Assembly: GCA_951406725.2 (NCBI GenBank)
Contig: OX597823.1
Coordinates: 91,078,001 to 91,142,000 of the forward strand
DNA length: 64,000 nucleotides
Direction: 5' to 3'
From: Octopus vulgaris
Lineage: Eukaryota
The position numbers and the translations under genes are program-made. Below the pieces are notes generated by a model. The model saw nothing but the letters and a program-made list of their open reading frames with translations, was not told the DNA's origin and made no database searches. Shown here in pieces: positions 28,875 through 41,819 of the stretch; within the stretch, counting starts at the first letter, position 1; each line of letters begins with the position of its first letter.

Positions 28875-29240
28875 TTGACTGCAGCCATGCTGGAGCACCA
28901 CTTTTAGTCGAACAAATCTATTCCAGGACTTATTCTTTGTGAACCTAGTACTTATCCTATCAATTTCTTTTACTGAACTGCTAAGTTACAGGGACATAGA
29001 CTCACCAACCTCAGTTATCAAGTAATAATGGGGGGACAAACACAGACACAAAGACACACACACATACACACACATAAATATGCATGACAGGCTTTTTTCA
29101 GTTGCCATCTACCAAATCCCCTCACAAGGCTTTGGTTGGCCCGATGCTATAGTAGAAGACACTTGCTCAAGGGGCCATTCAGCGGGACTGAACCCTGAAC
29201 TCAGAGCCATGTGGTTCTTACCACATAGCCATACCTGCTC
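28875..29240 (-). mobile_element. SINE family A
   Basis: Family motifs on the reverse strand. Confidence 0.82.
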
Positions 29241-29265
29241 CTATCCACACAACCATGCCTGCCCC

Positions 29266-29409
<144 letters not shown>

Positions 29410-29592
29410 CAGTCAGGTGCAATGTGATATGATAAAGGATAAATTCAGTTGTCACTAAGTGTGACTAAGGGCGACGAAGCACCTAGCAATGTGCTAGAAA
29501 TAAGAGTTAAAATACTCTTAAGGCTCTAGGAGTTAAACAAAATATATACACACATGCTGACAGGGTAGGCAACCGTCCCCTGACCAACATGA

Positions 29593-29649
29593 GGATCCCC
29601 AGACTAGATCTAGTTTCACCTGTACTGTAGGTATCATCAGTGAGACCCC
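29593..29649 (-). ncRNA. Type I hammerhead ribozyme motif, near canonical
   Basis: Minus strand: UCUCA-CUGAUGA-U-ACCU(ACAGUAC)AGGU-GAAA-CUAGAUCUAG-UC|UGGGG; all three stems pair; GUC site at 29604-29602. Confidence 0.75.
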
Positions 29650-29789
29650 TCGAACAGTGCATGATTGGCTAATTCCCTCCACCAGCATATATGTAGTTAC
29701 TATAAAAATTTATGGATAGTTTAGCAAAATGCTAATGCATATACTAAAAATTAATATAAACAGCCAGGCACAGTGTAATATAATAAAAG

Positions 29790-29864
<75 letters not shown>

Positions 29865-29904
29865 GCATACATTTATTTATATACATACATATATATATAT
29901 ATGT

Positions 29905-30630
29905 GCATGTCAGCTGCCCCTGGCACCTATGCTGGTGGCACGTAAAAAGCACCCACTACACTCATGGAGTGGTTGGCGTTAGGAAGGGCATCCAGCTGTA
30001 GAAACACTGCCGGATCAGACTGGAGCCTGGTGCAGCCTCCTGGCTTCCCAGACCCCGGTTGAACTGTCCAACCCATGCTAGCATGGAGAACGGACGTTAA
30101 ACGATGATGATGATGATGATTCATATACATAAACATATTGCTGATGTGGCCGATGACAGTACCACCTGATTGGCACTTGTGCCAGGGGAATGTTAAAACC
30201 ACCATCCAAGCATGTTCATTGCCAGGGCTGCTGACTGGCTCTTGTGCTGGTGGCATGTAAAAAGCACCATTCAAGTGTGTCTTACTAGCACATGTAAAAC
30301 ATCTGAGCAAGGTCGGTGCCAGTGCCGCTGGACTGGCTCCTTTGCAGGTGGCACGTAAAAAATGCCTTCTGAATGTGGTCGTTGCCAGTACTGCCTGACT
30401 GGCCCTCGTGCTGGTAGCACATAAAAGCACCCACTACACTCTCGGAGTGGTTGATGTTAGAAAGGGCATCCAGCTGTAGAAACTTTGCCAGGTCAGATTG
30501 GAACCTGGTGCAGCCTTCTGGCTTGCCAGTCCTCAGTTAAACTGTCTAACCCATGCCAGCATGGAAAGCAGACGTTAAAAAATAACAACAACGAGGATAA
30601 TGATGATGATGATGATGATGATGATGATGT
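29905..30630 (+). mobile_element. Two consecutive RTE LINE 3' ends (family C)
   Basis: Two aggaagggcatccagctgtagaa cores, each with a (GAT)n tail. Confidence 0.82.
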
Positions 30631-31379
30631 GTGTATATGAATATATATCTATACATACACATATATATATACATACACATATGCATATAAACAGTATTAA
30701 ATTAGTTTTTAATGCCTTCTAAATTACAATATAGTTTTTCATTATTAGTTTCATCATTATTGCTAATTAATAACACTAAAATACTATTTTATTACTTGGA
30801 TTAGTTCAAGAGTATTTGTTTAATAATCTAATTCTCTTGTATCAACAACAACAGCAGCAACAACGATAATAATGATATAGAGATTATACCATTTCATACA
30901 AATACCATTGACCAATTTTCCCGGTGGTCTTAACCATAAACTCACCAATGATATTTGAGCAGCTACTTAATATTGTGGTTATGTTTGAGAGTTAATCTCT
31001 TAATTGTTTCAGTCATTAGACTGCGGCCATGCTGGGGCAGCACTGATAAAGTTGATGTGTAATCTCCTATTTATCATTTTCTACTCCAGGCACAAGGCAC
31101 GAAATTTTTGGGGAAGGGGCCAGTCGATTAGATTGACCCCAGTATGCAACTGGTACTTAATATATTGACCCCAACAGGATGAAAGGCAAAAATTGAGCTC
31201 AGCATAATTTGAACTCAGAACGTAATGATAGATAAAATACCACTAAGCATTTTGCTCGGTGTGCTAACAATTCTGCCAGCTCGCCACCTTCCTATTTGTC
31301 GTTTATTAATTTAATATATTTCTTTCTGATTAATAAAAATATTATCACCACAGATAATGTGAGATGGAGATTTTGATAA

Positions 31380-31574
31380 TACAGTTCTATATTTATGAGT
31401 TGAGGAATTATGAACATTATTTACATTATTTACATTATTTACATTCAACGGATATTTATCCTCATCTTGTTTGGTGTTAACACAATATTTTGGCTGATAT
31501 ACCCTCCAGCTTTCATCAGGTGTCTTGGGGAAATTTCAAACCTGGGTTCTCATTCCTAAGGTATTTTTCGATGC

Positions 31575-31622
<48 letters not shown>

Positions 31623-31624
31623 CA

Positions 31625-31694
<70 letters not shown>

Positions 31695-31719
31695 AATCAC
31701 TGCCTGGAATCAAACTTGT
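31380..31719 (-). mobile_element. Family D copy (tRNA head + HHR tail), 5'-truncated at the B box; HHR at 31479-31524 is mutated
   Basis: Reverse complement matches 56560-56742; GAAA has become AAAA. Confidence 0.8.
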
Positions 31720-31726
31720 GACCTGC

Positions 31727-31760
<34 letters not shown>

Positions 31761-31771
31761 TAATAATAATA

Positions 31772-31838
<67 letters not shown>

Positions 31839-31896
31839 CAACAACACTCAGCAAGAAATGGAAAGAGAAATGAAAGAAGATGATAATGAAAATGAT

Positions 31897-31941
<45 letters not shown>

Positions 31942-32056
31942 AATAATATGAAGAAGAAGAAGAAGAAGAAGAAGAAGAAGAAGAAGAAGAAGAAGAAGAA
32001 GAAGAAGAAGAAGAAGAAGAAGAAGAAGAAGAAGAAGAAGAAGAAGAAGAAGAAGA
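31727..32056. repeat. (AAT)n and (AAG)n microsatellites
   Basis: Seen directly. Confidence 0.97.
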
Positions 32057-32259
32057 ATAGTTTTTGATTTAGGTGCAAGGCCTAGAAATTTTTAGGGAAG
32101 GGAGAGTAATCAATAACATCGTCTCCACTAGTCTGGTACTGTATTTGAACGATCTTGGAGAGATGAAAAGCAAAATTGGCTTCAGGGAGATTTGAACTCT
32201 GAATGAAGTTTGCAATTAATAGTTGGTAGAAATAATAAAATCATGTTTTGTTTCTGCAG

Positions 32260-32314
32260 TTTATCTATGGCTTCAAATAATGAGCCCAAACTGCATGCCG
32301 GACTCAATTCCCAG
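32260..32314 (+). CDS. Candidate small exon with a start codon (ATG 32267; MASNNEPKLHAGLNSQ, phase 0)
   Basis: Acceptor tgttttgtttctgcag|, donor ccag|gtaggg; 16 codons end exactly at the donor; unique sequence; product unknown. Confidence 0.35.
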
Positions 32315-32719
32315 GTAGGGATATTTCTCACCAATGCACAACCTTCAAAATCATAAATGCTGTTAAGGCTGTTTATTGAAATTGCTTTCAAATGGCGATG
32401 TTTTGACATCATAATGACATTTAAACTGTGATTGTTGATATCAGTTTTGGTATTCTCATTACAAGTGGGGCTCATTTACTGAGATTAATCAATTAATCAC
32501 ATTTCGTAATGAGAATAGTGATTTGTCAGAATTAGTAATGTACCGAATTCTACAAGTCTAAAATAGAGGAACCATTGGGAATTGATCTCGTGCCTTCTAA
32601 TTAAGATGATGATATATCAACCAGTACCCTATTAACATTGACCCCCACCAAATGCTGGTATCACATTGTCACTGAATTAAGCATCATTTAGTAATGTGAT
32701 TAATATATGCATATATATA

Positions 32720-32914
32720 GGCGCAGGAGTGGCTGTGTGGTAAATAGCTTGCTTACCAACCACATGGTTCTGGGTACAGTCCCACTGCATGGCACGTTGG
32801 GCAAGTGTCTTCTACTACAGTCTTAGGCTGACCAAAGCCTTATGAGTGAATTTGGTAGACGGAAACTGAAAGAAGCCTGTCGTATCTATCTATCTATCTA
32901 TCTATATCTATATC

Positions 32915-32946
<32 letters not shown>

Positions 32947-33115
32947 ATATATATACATACAACACACACACACATATATAAAGTATATATATACATACAA
33001 CACACACACACATATATATTCTTACAAAGAATAAGTCCTGGGGGCGATTTGTTCAACTAAAGGTGGTGCCCCAGCATGGCCGCAGTCAAATGAGTGAAAC
33101 AAATTAAAAAAAAAA

Positions 33116-33148
<33 letters not shown>

Positions 33149-33500
33149 GAGAGGCATATCAGTGCAGGTGTGGCTGTGTGGTAAGAAGTATGCTTTTCTC
33201 CTACATGGTTCTGGGTTCAGTCTCACAGCATGGCACCTTGGGTAAGGTGTGTATAGGTGTGTGTAGGTATGTGTAGGTGTGTGTGTGTGTGTCTGTGCCT
33301 ATGCTTGTCTTCCCCACCACCACTTGACAACCAGTATTGGTGTGTTTATGTCCTTGTAATCTCGCAGTTCAGCAAACTAAAATGGATAGAGTAACTACCA
33401 GCCTTATAAGAAAAGTAGTGTGCTTAATTCCTTTGACTAAATTTTTTCAAAGCAGTGCCCCAGCATGGCCACAGTCTGACGATTGAAACAAGTTAAAAGC
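32720..33500 (+). mobile_element. Two SINE family A copies, each with an internal deletion
   Basis: ggcgcaggagtggctgtgtggtaa head and cagcatggcc(g/a)cagtc tail, twice. Confidence 0.8.
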
Positions 33501-33556
33501 GACCGAATAAATGAATACATGTGGCAGGAGGAAACAGAGAGGTCGATATATATGTA

Positions 33557-33608
<52 letters not shown>

Positions 33609-33805
33609 GTCTTTCGTCTCAAATGCTAGCTGAAGCATAAAAACTTTCACTCACAAAAACTTATTCACACACCGCAAAGCATTTCATCTCAATCCTGTCT
33701 TCTTTCTGCCGCCTAAAACCTCATCTTCTCCCAATGCGCGGTGTCACTATGTCTCTCTCTCTCTCTCTCTCTCTCTCGCTATGTGGTGTCGGTTCTCCCT
33801 CTGTT

Positions 33806-33851
<46 letters not shown>

Positions 33852-34192
33852 ATATATCTCACCTTCACTCGCTTCCACAGGCTTAGCCAATACCGCAGGA
33901 TGAAAAACATCAGCTAAGTTCCCGACCTGTTTCCTCTTTTCATTGTTTTTGCAAGCCTTATTATTATTGTATCCCCATCTAATAGCGTTATCGTTGTCTT
34001 TCGTCTCAAATGCTAGCTGAAGCATAAAAACTTTCACTCACAAAAACTTATTCACACACCGCAAAGCATTTCATCTCAATCCTGTCTTCTTTCTGCCGCC
34101 TAAAACCTCATCTTCTCCCAATGCGCGGTGTCACTATGTCTCTCTCTCTCTCTCTCTCTCTCTCGCTATGTGGTGTCGGTTCTCCCTCTGTT

Positions 34193-34250
<58 letters not shown>

Positions 34251-34529
34251 ATATATCTCACCTTCACTCGCTTCCACAGGCTTAGCCAATACCGCAGGAT
34301 GAAAAACATCAGCTAAGTTCCCGACCTGTTTCCTCTTTTCATTGTTTTTGCAAGCCTTATTATTATTGTATCCCCATCTAATAGCGTTATCGTTGTCTTT
34401 CGTCTCAAATGCTAGCTGAAGCATAAAAACTTTCACTCACAAAAACTTATTCACACACCGCAAAGCATTTCATCTCAATCCTGTCTTCTTTCTGCCGCCT
34501 AAAACCTCATCTTCTCCCAATGCGCGGTG
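33609..34529. repeat. Tandem repeat of a ~390-bp unit (2.3 nearly identical copies)
   Basis: gtctttcgtctcaaatgc starts at 33609, 33996 and 34395; the units appear to differ only in (CT)n length. Confidence 0.95.
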
Positions 34530-34655
34530 CGCCCGTTCTCCCACCCCCACCACCAATACCGGTGAACACTGTTCTCACCATCTACACCGGATACTCCCTC
34601 TTATGTTTCTCTATCTGTCTAACTATTTATCAAATTTCTCTATCTATCTAATTTC

Positions 34656-34691
<36 letters not shown>

Positions 34692-34760
34692 CATTCGTCT
34701 AAAATCAAACTTCGTATCTTCGCGCCATCTTGAAGTATGTCCCCTCTAATACACATATGT

Positions 34761-34794
<34 letters not shown>

Positions 34795-35224
34795 TCATTC
34801 ATCTACAAGCTGTAGTCCTGAGTGCAGATAAGTTGAATGCTTAATTTTCACTTCGGTTACCATTTATTTATGTTTCTCTATCTGTCTAACTATTTATCAA
34901 ATTTCTCTATCTATCTAATTTCTCTATCTATCTATCTATCTATCTATCTTCATTCGTCTAAAATCAAACTTCGTATCTTCACCCGCCCTGCCCACCCCCA
35001 CCACCAATACCGGATATCTCTATATTTTGCTCCATCTATACCGGATGTCGCTTCTCCCACCACCATTATAGGTGTCTACTCTTCGAACCCCCTCTTCAAT
35101 ACGCTATTTCACCATGCATTACCCCTCTCTCGATATCCTACGTTCTACTTGCCTAGAACCTGTCATCATTTCTCTGAACCACCCCTCCCCACTGGTGCTC
35201 CCCTATATTTCTGCACCCCCCCAC

Positions 35225-35491
35225 ATAAAAAGCACCATCCGAACGTGGCCGATGCCAGACCCCTCTGGCACCTGTGCAGGTGGCACGTAAAAAACACCCA
35301 CTACACTCGCGGAGTGGTTGGCGTTAGGAAGGGCATCCAGCTGTAGAAACACTGCCAGACTAGATTGGAGCCTGGGGCAGTCCCGAGCTCCCCAGACCCC
35401 GGTCGAAACCGTCCAACCCGTGCTAGCGCGGAAAACGGACGTTAAACGATGATGATGATGATGATGATGATATAGATAGATAGATAGATAC

Positions 35492-35547
<56 letters not shown>

Positions 35548-36030
35548 CATCATCATCATTATCATTTAATGTCCAATTTTCCATGCTGGCATGGGTTGAA
35601 TGGTCTGACTGAGGACTGGTAAGCCAGGAGGCTACACCAAGCTCAATCTGATCTGGCAATGTTTCTACAGCTGGATGCCCTTCCTAACACGGGAGCCAGT
35701 CAGGTAGACCTGGTATCGATCTTTTTCAGATAGTGCTTTTTACGTGCCACCAACATGGGAGCCAGTCAGTGGGTACTGGCATTGCCCACATTTGAATGGT
35801 GCTTTTTATGTGCCACCAGCACAGGAGCCAGTTATGGGGCATTGGTAACAGCTATGATTTTGGTTTTACTTGAATCAACAGATCTTTTCAAGCATATCAT
35901 ATCCCCCAGTGCTTCAAGAGTATTCTTAAACTGGCCGAACATGCAACACTGGCATTGGCCATGGCTGTGATCTCACTTTAGTTGACGGGTCTTCTCAATC
36001 ACAGTATATCTCTAAAGGTCTCAGTTGCTC
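35225..36030. mobile_element. Tail-to-tail pair of family C elements separated by (GATA)n
   Basis: + copy at 35225-35470 and - copy at 35545-36030. Confidence 0.82.
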
Positions 36031-36039
36031 GTCCAGTTA

Positions 36040-36208
36040 AACACAGAGCATTTCATCAGAAATATGGTAGCAAAAGGGTTAAAGTCACCATGATATTTTG
36101 AACCCTTTCGATACCAACCCAGTTGAATCTGCCTATGGCTCTGTAGAACAAATGTCTTGTTTTTGGAAGTTCTGAATTAAAATCTTCCACCAAACCTTAG
36201 TCACACTA
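36040..36208. mobile_element. Junction fragment of the piggyBac-like MITE array
   Basis: aaagggttaa-agtcaccatgatatttt-gaaccctttcgatacc. Confidence 0.75.
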
Positions 36209-37014
36209 TAAATACCAGCGGTCTGTAAACGGGGATCTTAGTCCACACACAGTATCTAGGTATGATATATATATATACATATATACATATACGTACATGT
36301 GCACACATGCACACACACACACACACATGTACATAAGGGGATGCAGAAAAGTTCTAGGCTTCAGTTAAAATACAGGAAGATTAGTTAATTGTGATAATAT
36401 TCAAAGTATTCCCCTTTCAGAATCACACCACAATTACTGCAGTCTTTCAGTTTTTCTAAGCCTTGCATATATATAAACACATGCGCTCACACAAACACAA
36501 ACACAGACACACACACAAATACACACACACACAAACACATGTATATGTATTTACAAGTGTGTGTCTTTTTGTCTGTGTTTGTTCCCACCATCATTGCTTG
36601 ACAACTGACGTTGGTGTGTTTATGTCCCCGTAACTTAGTAGTTCAACAAAAGAGACCAATAGAATAAGTACTAGGCTTACAAAGAATAAGTCCTATGATC
36701 AATTTGTTCAACTAAAACCTTTTAAAGTGGTGCTCCAGCATGACCACAGTCAAATGACTGAAATGTGTAAAAGAATATAAGAATATATACACACACACAC
36801 TGTGGTTGACTGGCCAGTTTATCCGATGGCAAGTGGGACCCTGTGCCATTAGAATCCGTATATGGGGGCTCATGTTAGTATCTAAGGGGCCCATTCCCTC
36901 AAGTTTGAGAACTTTTTATTCACCTCTGGAAGAATGCATTAATTATTTCAGCAAGGCTGTTCCGTTGATTGGGTCAACTGGAACTTTTGTTGTAACTGAT
37001 GCAGTGTCACTATA

Positions 37015-37056
<42 letters not shown>

Positions 37057-37069
37057 CACACATGTGTGT

Positions 37070-37452
37070 GGAGGCACAATGGCCCAGTGATTAGGGCAGC
37101 AGACTCACAGTCATAGAATCACAGTTTCGATTCCCAGACCAGGCATTGTGTGTGTTTTTTGAGCAAAAACACCTAAAGTTCCACAAGGCTCTGGCAAGGG
37201 TTGATGGTGAACGCTGCTATATTCTTTCACCACAGCTTTCTCTCACTCTTTCTTCCTGTTTCTCTTGTACCTGTATTTCAAAGGGGCCAGCCTTGTCACA
37301 CTTTGTGTCACACTGAATCTCCCCGAGAACTACGTTAAGGGGTACACATGTCTGTGGAATGCTCAGTCACATACACGTTAATTTCCCGATCTAGCTGTTC
37401 TGTTGATCAGATCAACTGGGTCCCTCATCGTCGTAACCGACAGAGTGTCACG
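37070..37452 (+). mobile_element. tRNA-derived SINE family E
   Basis: A box tggcccagtga, B box gtttcgattcc; the head is shared with 45835 and ~52870-52915 (-). Confidence 0.8.
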
Positions 37453-38018
37453 ATTAGTGGTAGCAGTCGTAGTAGTGGTAGAGAAAGGTTGAGTGTTGCA
37501 CAGTTGGTAGGAATGTGTAAACAGTCGAGCATCGTAGTCTGGAAGTTTGTTGAGAAAGCAGCCGTTTGTTGGTGTCGATGGAAGCTGAAGGCAGCAAATG
37601 CTAAAAGAGTGTAATGCCTTTAAACAATAAATTAGTTTCTTTGGTTGTAATTCTTTCTTCTCTGTGAAATCTAATTTCCTTTGTTGTCCAAACAGGTTCG
37701 TTACACAAGGAAATCTCAACTGAAACACAAACGACAGCCAATCACATGTCTCGCAGTCGCCAAACTTCAAAGTTATTTCTTCTTTTTGCTTTATAATCTT
37801 TGTTTTTTTCTTTCTTTTTACGGACAAATTACAATAATCTATTGCAGAGTACGATAAAGTACATCAGATGGACTTTTGAAATCAAATTTCTTTGTACTTC
37901 AAAAGCTTTTGACATTGGTGATTGTGTTGGTGGTAGTGGTGGCGGCGTGCCAGCAAGATGGTGATGCTGATAAATGTGGTGGCTGGATGGTGGGGGACCG
38001 CGATGGTATTGATAATTC

Positions 38019-38420
38019 AAGGTGGTGAGCTGGCAGAAACGTTAGCACACCGGGTGAAATGCTTAGCCGTATTTCGTCTGCCGTTACGGTGTGAGTTCAA
38101 ATTCCACCGAGGTCGACTTTGCCTTTCATCCTTTCGGTGTCAATAAATTAAGTACCAGTTATGCACTGGGGTTGATGTAATCGACTTAATCCCTTTGTCT
38201 GTCCTTGTTTGTCCCCTCTGTGTTTAGCCCCTTGTGGGTAGTAAAGAAATAGGTATTTTGTCTGCAGTTACGTTCTGAGTTCAAATTCCACCGAGGTCGA
38301 CCTTGCCTTTCATCCTTTCGGGGTCGATTAAATAAGTACCAGTTACGCACTGGGGTCAATATAATCGACTTAATCCCTTTGTTTGTCCTTGTTTTTCCTG
38401 GGTAGTAAAAAAATAAGTAT
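38019..38420 (+). mobile_element. SINE family B with a tandem 3' duplication
   Basis: Two gcctttcatcctttcgg...aagtaccagtt units; same arrangement at 60476-60890. Confidence 0.88.
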
Positions 38421-38908
38421 TGATAATTGTGGCAATCAGATGATGCTGACCATAAGGATAGTATGAGTGGTTTCCATGACAGAAGTGCTTGTCTTATTTT
38501 TAGGGGTGGTGGTCATATAAATGGTGATAAAAGTTGAGGAAATACTGCTGTTGTGACCCAAAAGTCACAAAGTGTTAATAGTTAATTTCTCTTTTAACTT
38601 TATGATTCCTTAGCACTATTTATACTGTTCTTTTACTCTTTTACTTGTTTCAGTCATTTGACAGTGGCCATACTGGAGCACCACCTTTATTTGAACAAAT
38701 CGTCCCCAGGATTTATTCTTTGTAAGCCTAGGACTTATTCTATCAGTCTCTTTAGCTGAACCACTAAATAACAGGGACGTAAACAGACCAGAATTGGTGG
38801 GGGGGGGGGGACAAACACAGACACAAACAAACACACACACACACATGTTTATGTGTCTGTTTCACAAGATTCATTCTTGGCAAAAGATGGCCGACTTCAA
38901 ATGTAACA

Positions 38909-38954
<46 letters not shown>

Positions 38955-38974
38955 TGAGATACACACACTCATGC

Positions 38975-39019
<45 letters not shown>

Positions 39020-39582
39020 ATTTCAGGTGTTGAAACAAGGTCTGAAATCAAAGGGTCTTTGGGTTAATTCAGCAAAAACCAAAGTCCTAGTAAGTAGGAA
39101 AACAAACAAATCACAAATCCCTTCTGGGAGATGGTCCTGCTTGGTATGTAAGAAGGGTGTTGATAGAAACTCCATAGGTTGAACCCAGTGCAAGCTTTGG
39201 ACACATTAGAAGTGCAGCGGTTATCAAAGTTTTCATTTACCAAATTCACTCTCAAGGCTTTGGTTGCTCCTCGACTCTAGTAGAAGACAATTGCCCAAGG
39301 TGTCACACAGTGGGAGCGAACTCAGAACCATATGTTTGGGAAGCAAGCTTCTTACCATTACAGCCATGCTGGTGCCTATATAATAACATTGCCAAAACAA
39401 CATTGCAAAAGATTTGGCGAACGATTAGGCAAGCTTTTGTTGATAATTAAGAAAATAGAAAATTCTGGAATGTTTGTTTTTCTTTTGTTTTCAGTTGCTG
39501 ATCTTTGGTAATTCTCAAATGAAACTCCCAGTGGAATACTGTTGACTTATCAGTAACATTCATGTGTCTAAATACACACACA

Positions 39583-39649
<67 letters not shown>

Positions 39650-40149
39650 ACACACAGAATCTGGTCGGCTTCTAAATGAAATACATTGAGCCGATTGGCA
39701 AAAAAATAAAATTACTCCCCAACACACTACAGCAGTGCTCCAGCATGGCCGCAGTTAAATGACTGAAACAAATAAAAGAATATGTATGTATGTATGTATA
39801 TATGTATATGCATATTTATATATGGACCTACACAAAATGCACCCAGCACGAAGGGCAATGAGAATTCCATCACCACATCTTTCATCCCTCCAAATCTTTA
39901 TTTTCCTCCATGCTGAGCCTTGAAGGATTTAGTCAAGCAAATCAACCCCAGGACTTCTTTTATCAAAGTCTGGTACCTATTCTATTGAACTCCTTTGCCA
40001 AACTGCTAAGTTACAGAGATATAAACAAAACAAACCAGTTGTCAAGCTGTTGGGATGACTATCTTTCATATATATTCCTTTATTTGAAAGAGGTTAATAT
40101 TGTAATGTTTAAATAGAAACATTATTTACATTACATTATTTACATGCTA

Positions 40150-40470
40150 TGGCACATAAAAGGGCACCATTCGAGCATGATCGTCACCAATGTCGCCTTA
40201 CTGGCACCTGTGCTGGTGGCATGTGTAAAAAGTTTTGAGCGAGGTCATTGCCAGTACAGCATGACTGGTCCTGTGCTGGTGGCACGTAAAAAGCACCCAC
40301 TACACTCTCGGAGTGGTTGGCGTTAGGAAGGGCATCAAGCTGTAGAAACTCTGCCAGATCAAGATTGGAGCCTGGTGCAGCAATCTGGTTCGTCAGCCCT
40401 CAGTGAAAATCGTCCAACCCATGTTAGCATGGAAAGCAGACGTTAAATGATGATGATGATGATGATGATG
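40150..40470 (+). mobile_element. RTE LINE 3' end (family C)
   Basis: Family motifs and (GAT)n tail. Confidence 0.82.
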
Positions 40471-40819
40471 AATTGTCCCTCTTTGATACACAAAAGCCAA
40501 ATGAGTTTGATGTTCCTGGTCTACAATGCTTAACAAAGGGTAAAACACTTTAAATGATGTAGTTGTGCATTTCAGTTGAAAGACAGGATAGTCACATTTG
40601 GATCATGTGTCTGATTGATTAAGTTCTTGGACAACATTCAAGAGGAATGGAAAGACCTGAATTATTCTGAGAAAACCATGATGACAACAGATCAAAGATA
40701 GGGAAAACAACGATGTGGTTGGCATTGGTGGTATTATTGGTATGGTGGTAATGAAGAGGAGGACAAGAACAAAGATGGTGGCAGCAACAATGATGAGGAC
40801 TATTCCTTTAGGCAAAGGA

Positions 40820-41337
40820 ATGGCTGTAAAGTTAAGAAGCTCATTTTGCAACCATGTGGTTTCAGGTTCAGTCCCACATTGCAGCAGTAACTTCAGAAAG
40901 TGCCTTCCTTCACTCATAGCCCCAGGCTCACCAATACCTTGTGAGTGAATTTGGTAAATGGAAACTTTGTGGAAGCCTGAGCAGGAGTGGCTCTGTGGTA
41001 AGAAGCTTACTTCCAAACCACATGGTTCTGGGTTCAGCTCCACTGCACGGCACCTTGGGCAAGTGTCTTCTGCTATAGCCTCGGGCCGACCAAAGCCTTG
41101 TGAGTGGATTTGGTAGATGGAAACTGAAAGAAGCCTGTCCTATATATATGTTTGTGTCCATGTTTGTCCCCCCCACCACCACCACCATCGCTTGACAACC
41201 AATAACTTAACAGTTTGGCAAAAGAGTCCGATAGAATAAGCACTAGGCTTGCAAAGAATAAGTCCTGGGATCGATTTGTTCAACTAACGGCAGTGCTCCA
41301 GCATGGCCGCAGTTAAATGGCTGAAACAAATAAAAGA

Positions 41338-41368
<31 letters not shown>

Positions 41369-41610
41369 TATGCATACATATATATGCATGTGTGACCTTG
41401 TGCTTGTTCTCACCGCCACTTGGTGACCAGGGTAGGTTTGTTTATGTCCCAGTGACTTACTGGTTTAGCAAAACAACAGAGTAAGTGCCAGACTTTAAAG
41501 ATGTAGTGAAACATAAGAGCTGGGGTCAATTTGTTAGACTAAAACCCTTCAGAGTGGTGTCCCAGTATGGCTGCTGTCCAATGACTGAAACAAGTAACAG
41601 ATAAAAGACA
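40820..41610 (+). mobile_element. Cluster of SINE family A copies (best copy 40981-41340)
   Basis: Repeated head, CORE-like and tail motifs. Confidence 0.82.
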
Positions 41611-41819
41611 GAAAACGACAAAGGTTTCCAAAACACTCAACATCGTCCCCAACTACCCTCCCACCTCCCATCTATATAAGTGCATTCATTGTATTTTAGA
41701 ATTGGAAGTCATAGAGCCAGTTGGAAACGATATTTCCTGGGGCTAAAACAATAGTAACAATCTTCCCTTCCAGGACAGCCACATTATGTTGGCAAATTTT
41801 TTTATTTAGTTATGCACCC

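Noticed and set aside
37378-38020. 149-aa and 63-aa minus-strand ORFs in unique sequence
   Set aside because: No recognisable domain, non-ATG starts, and they run into SINE sequence
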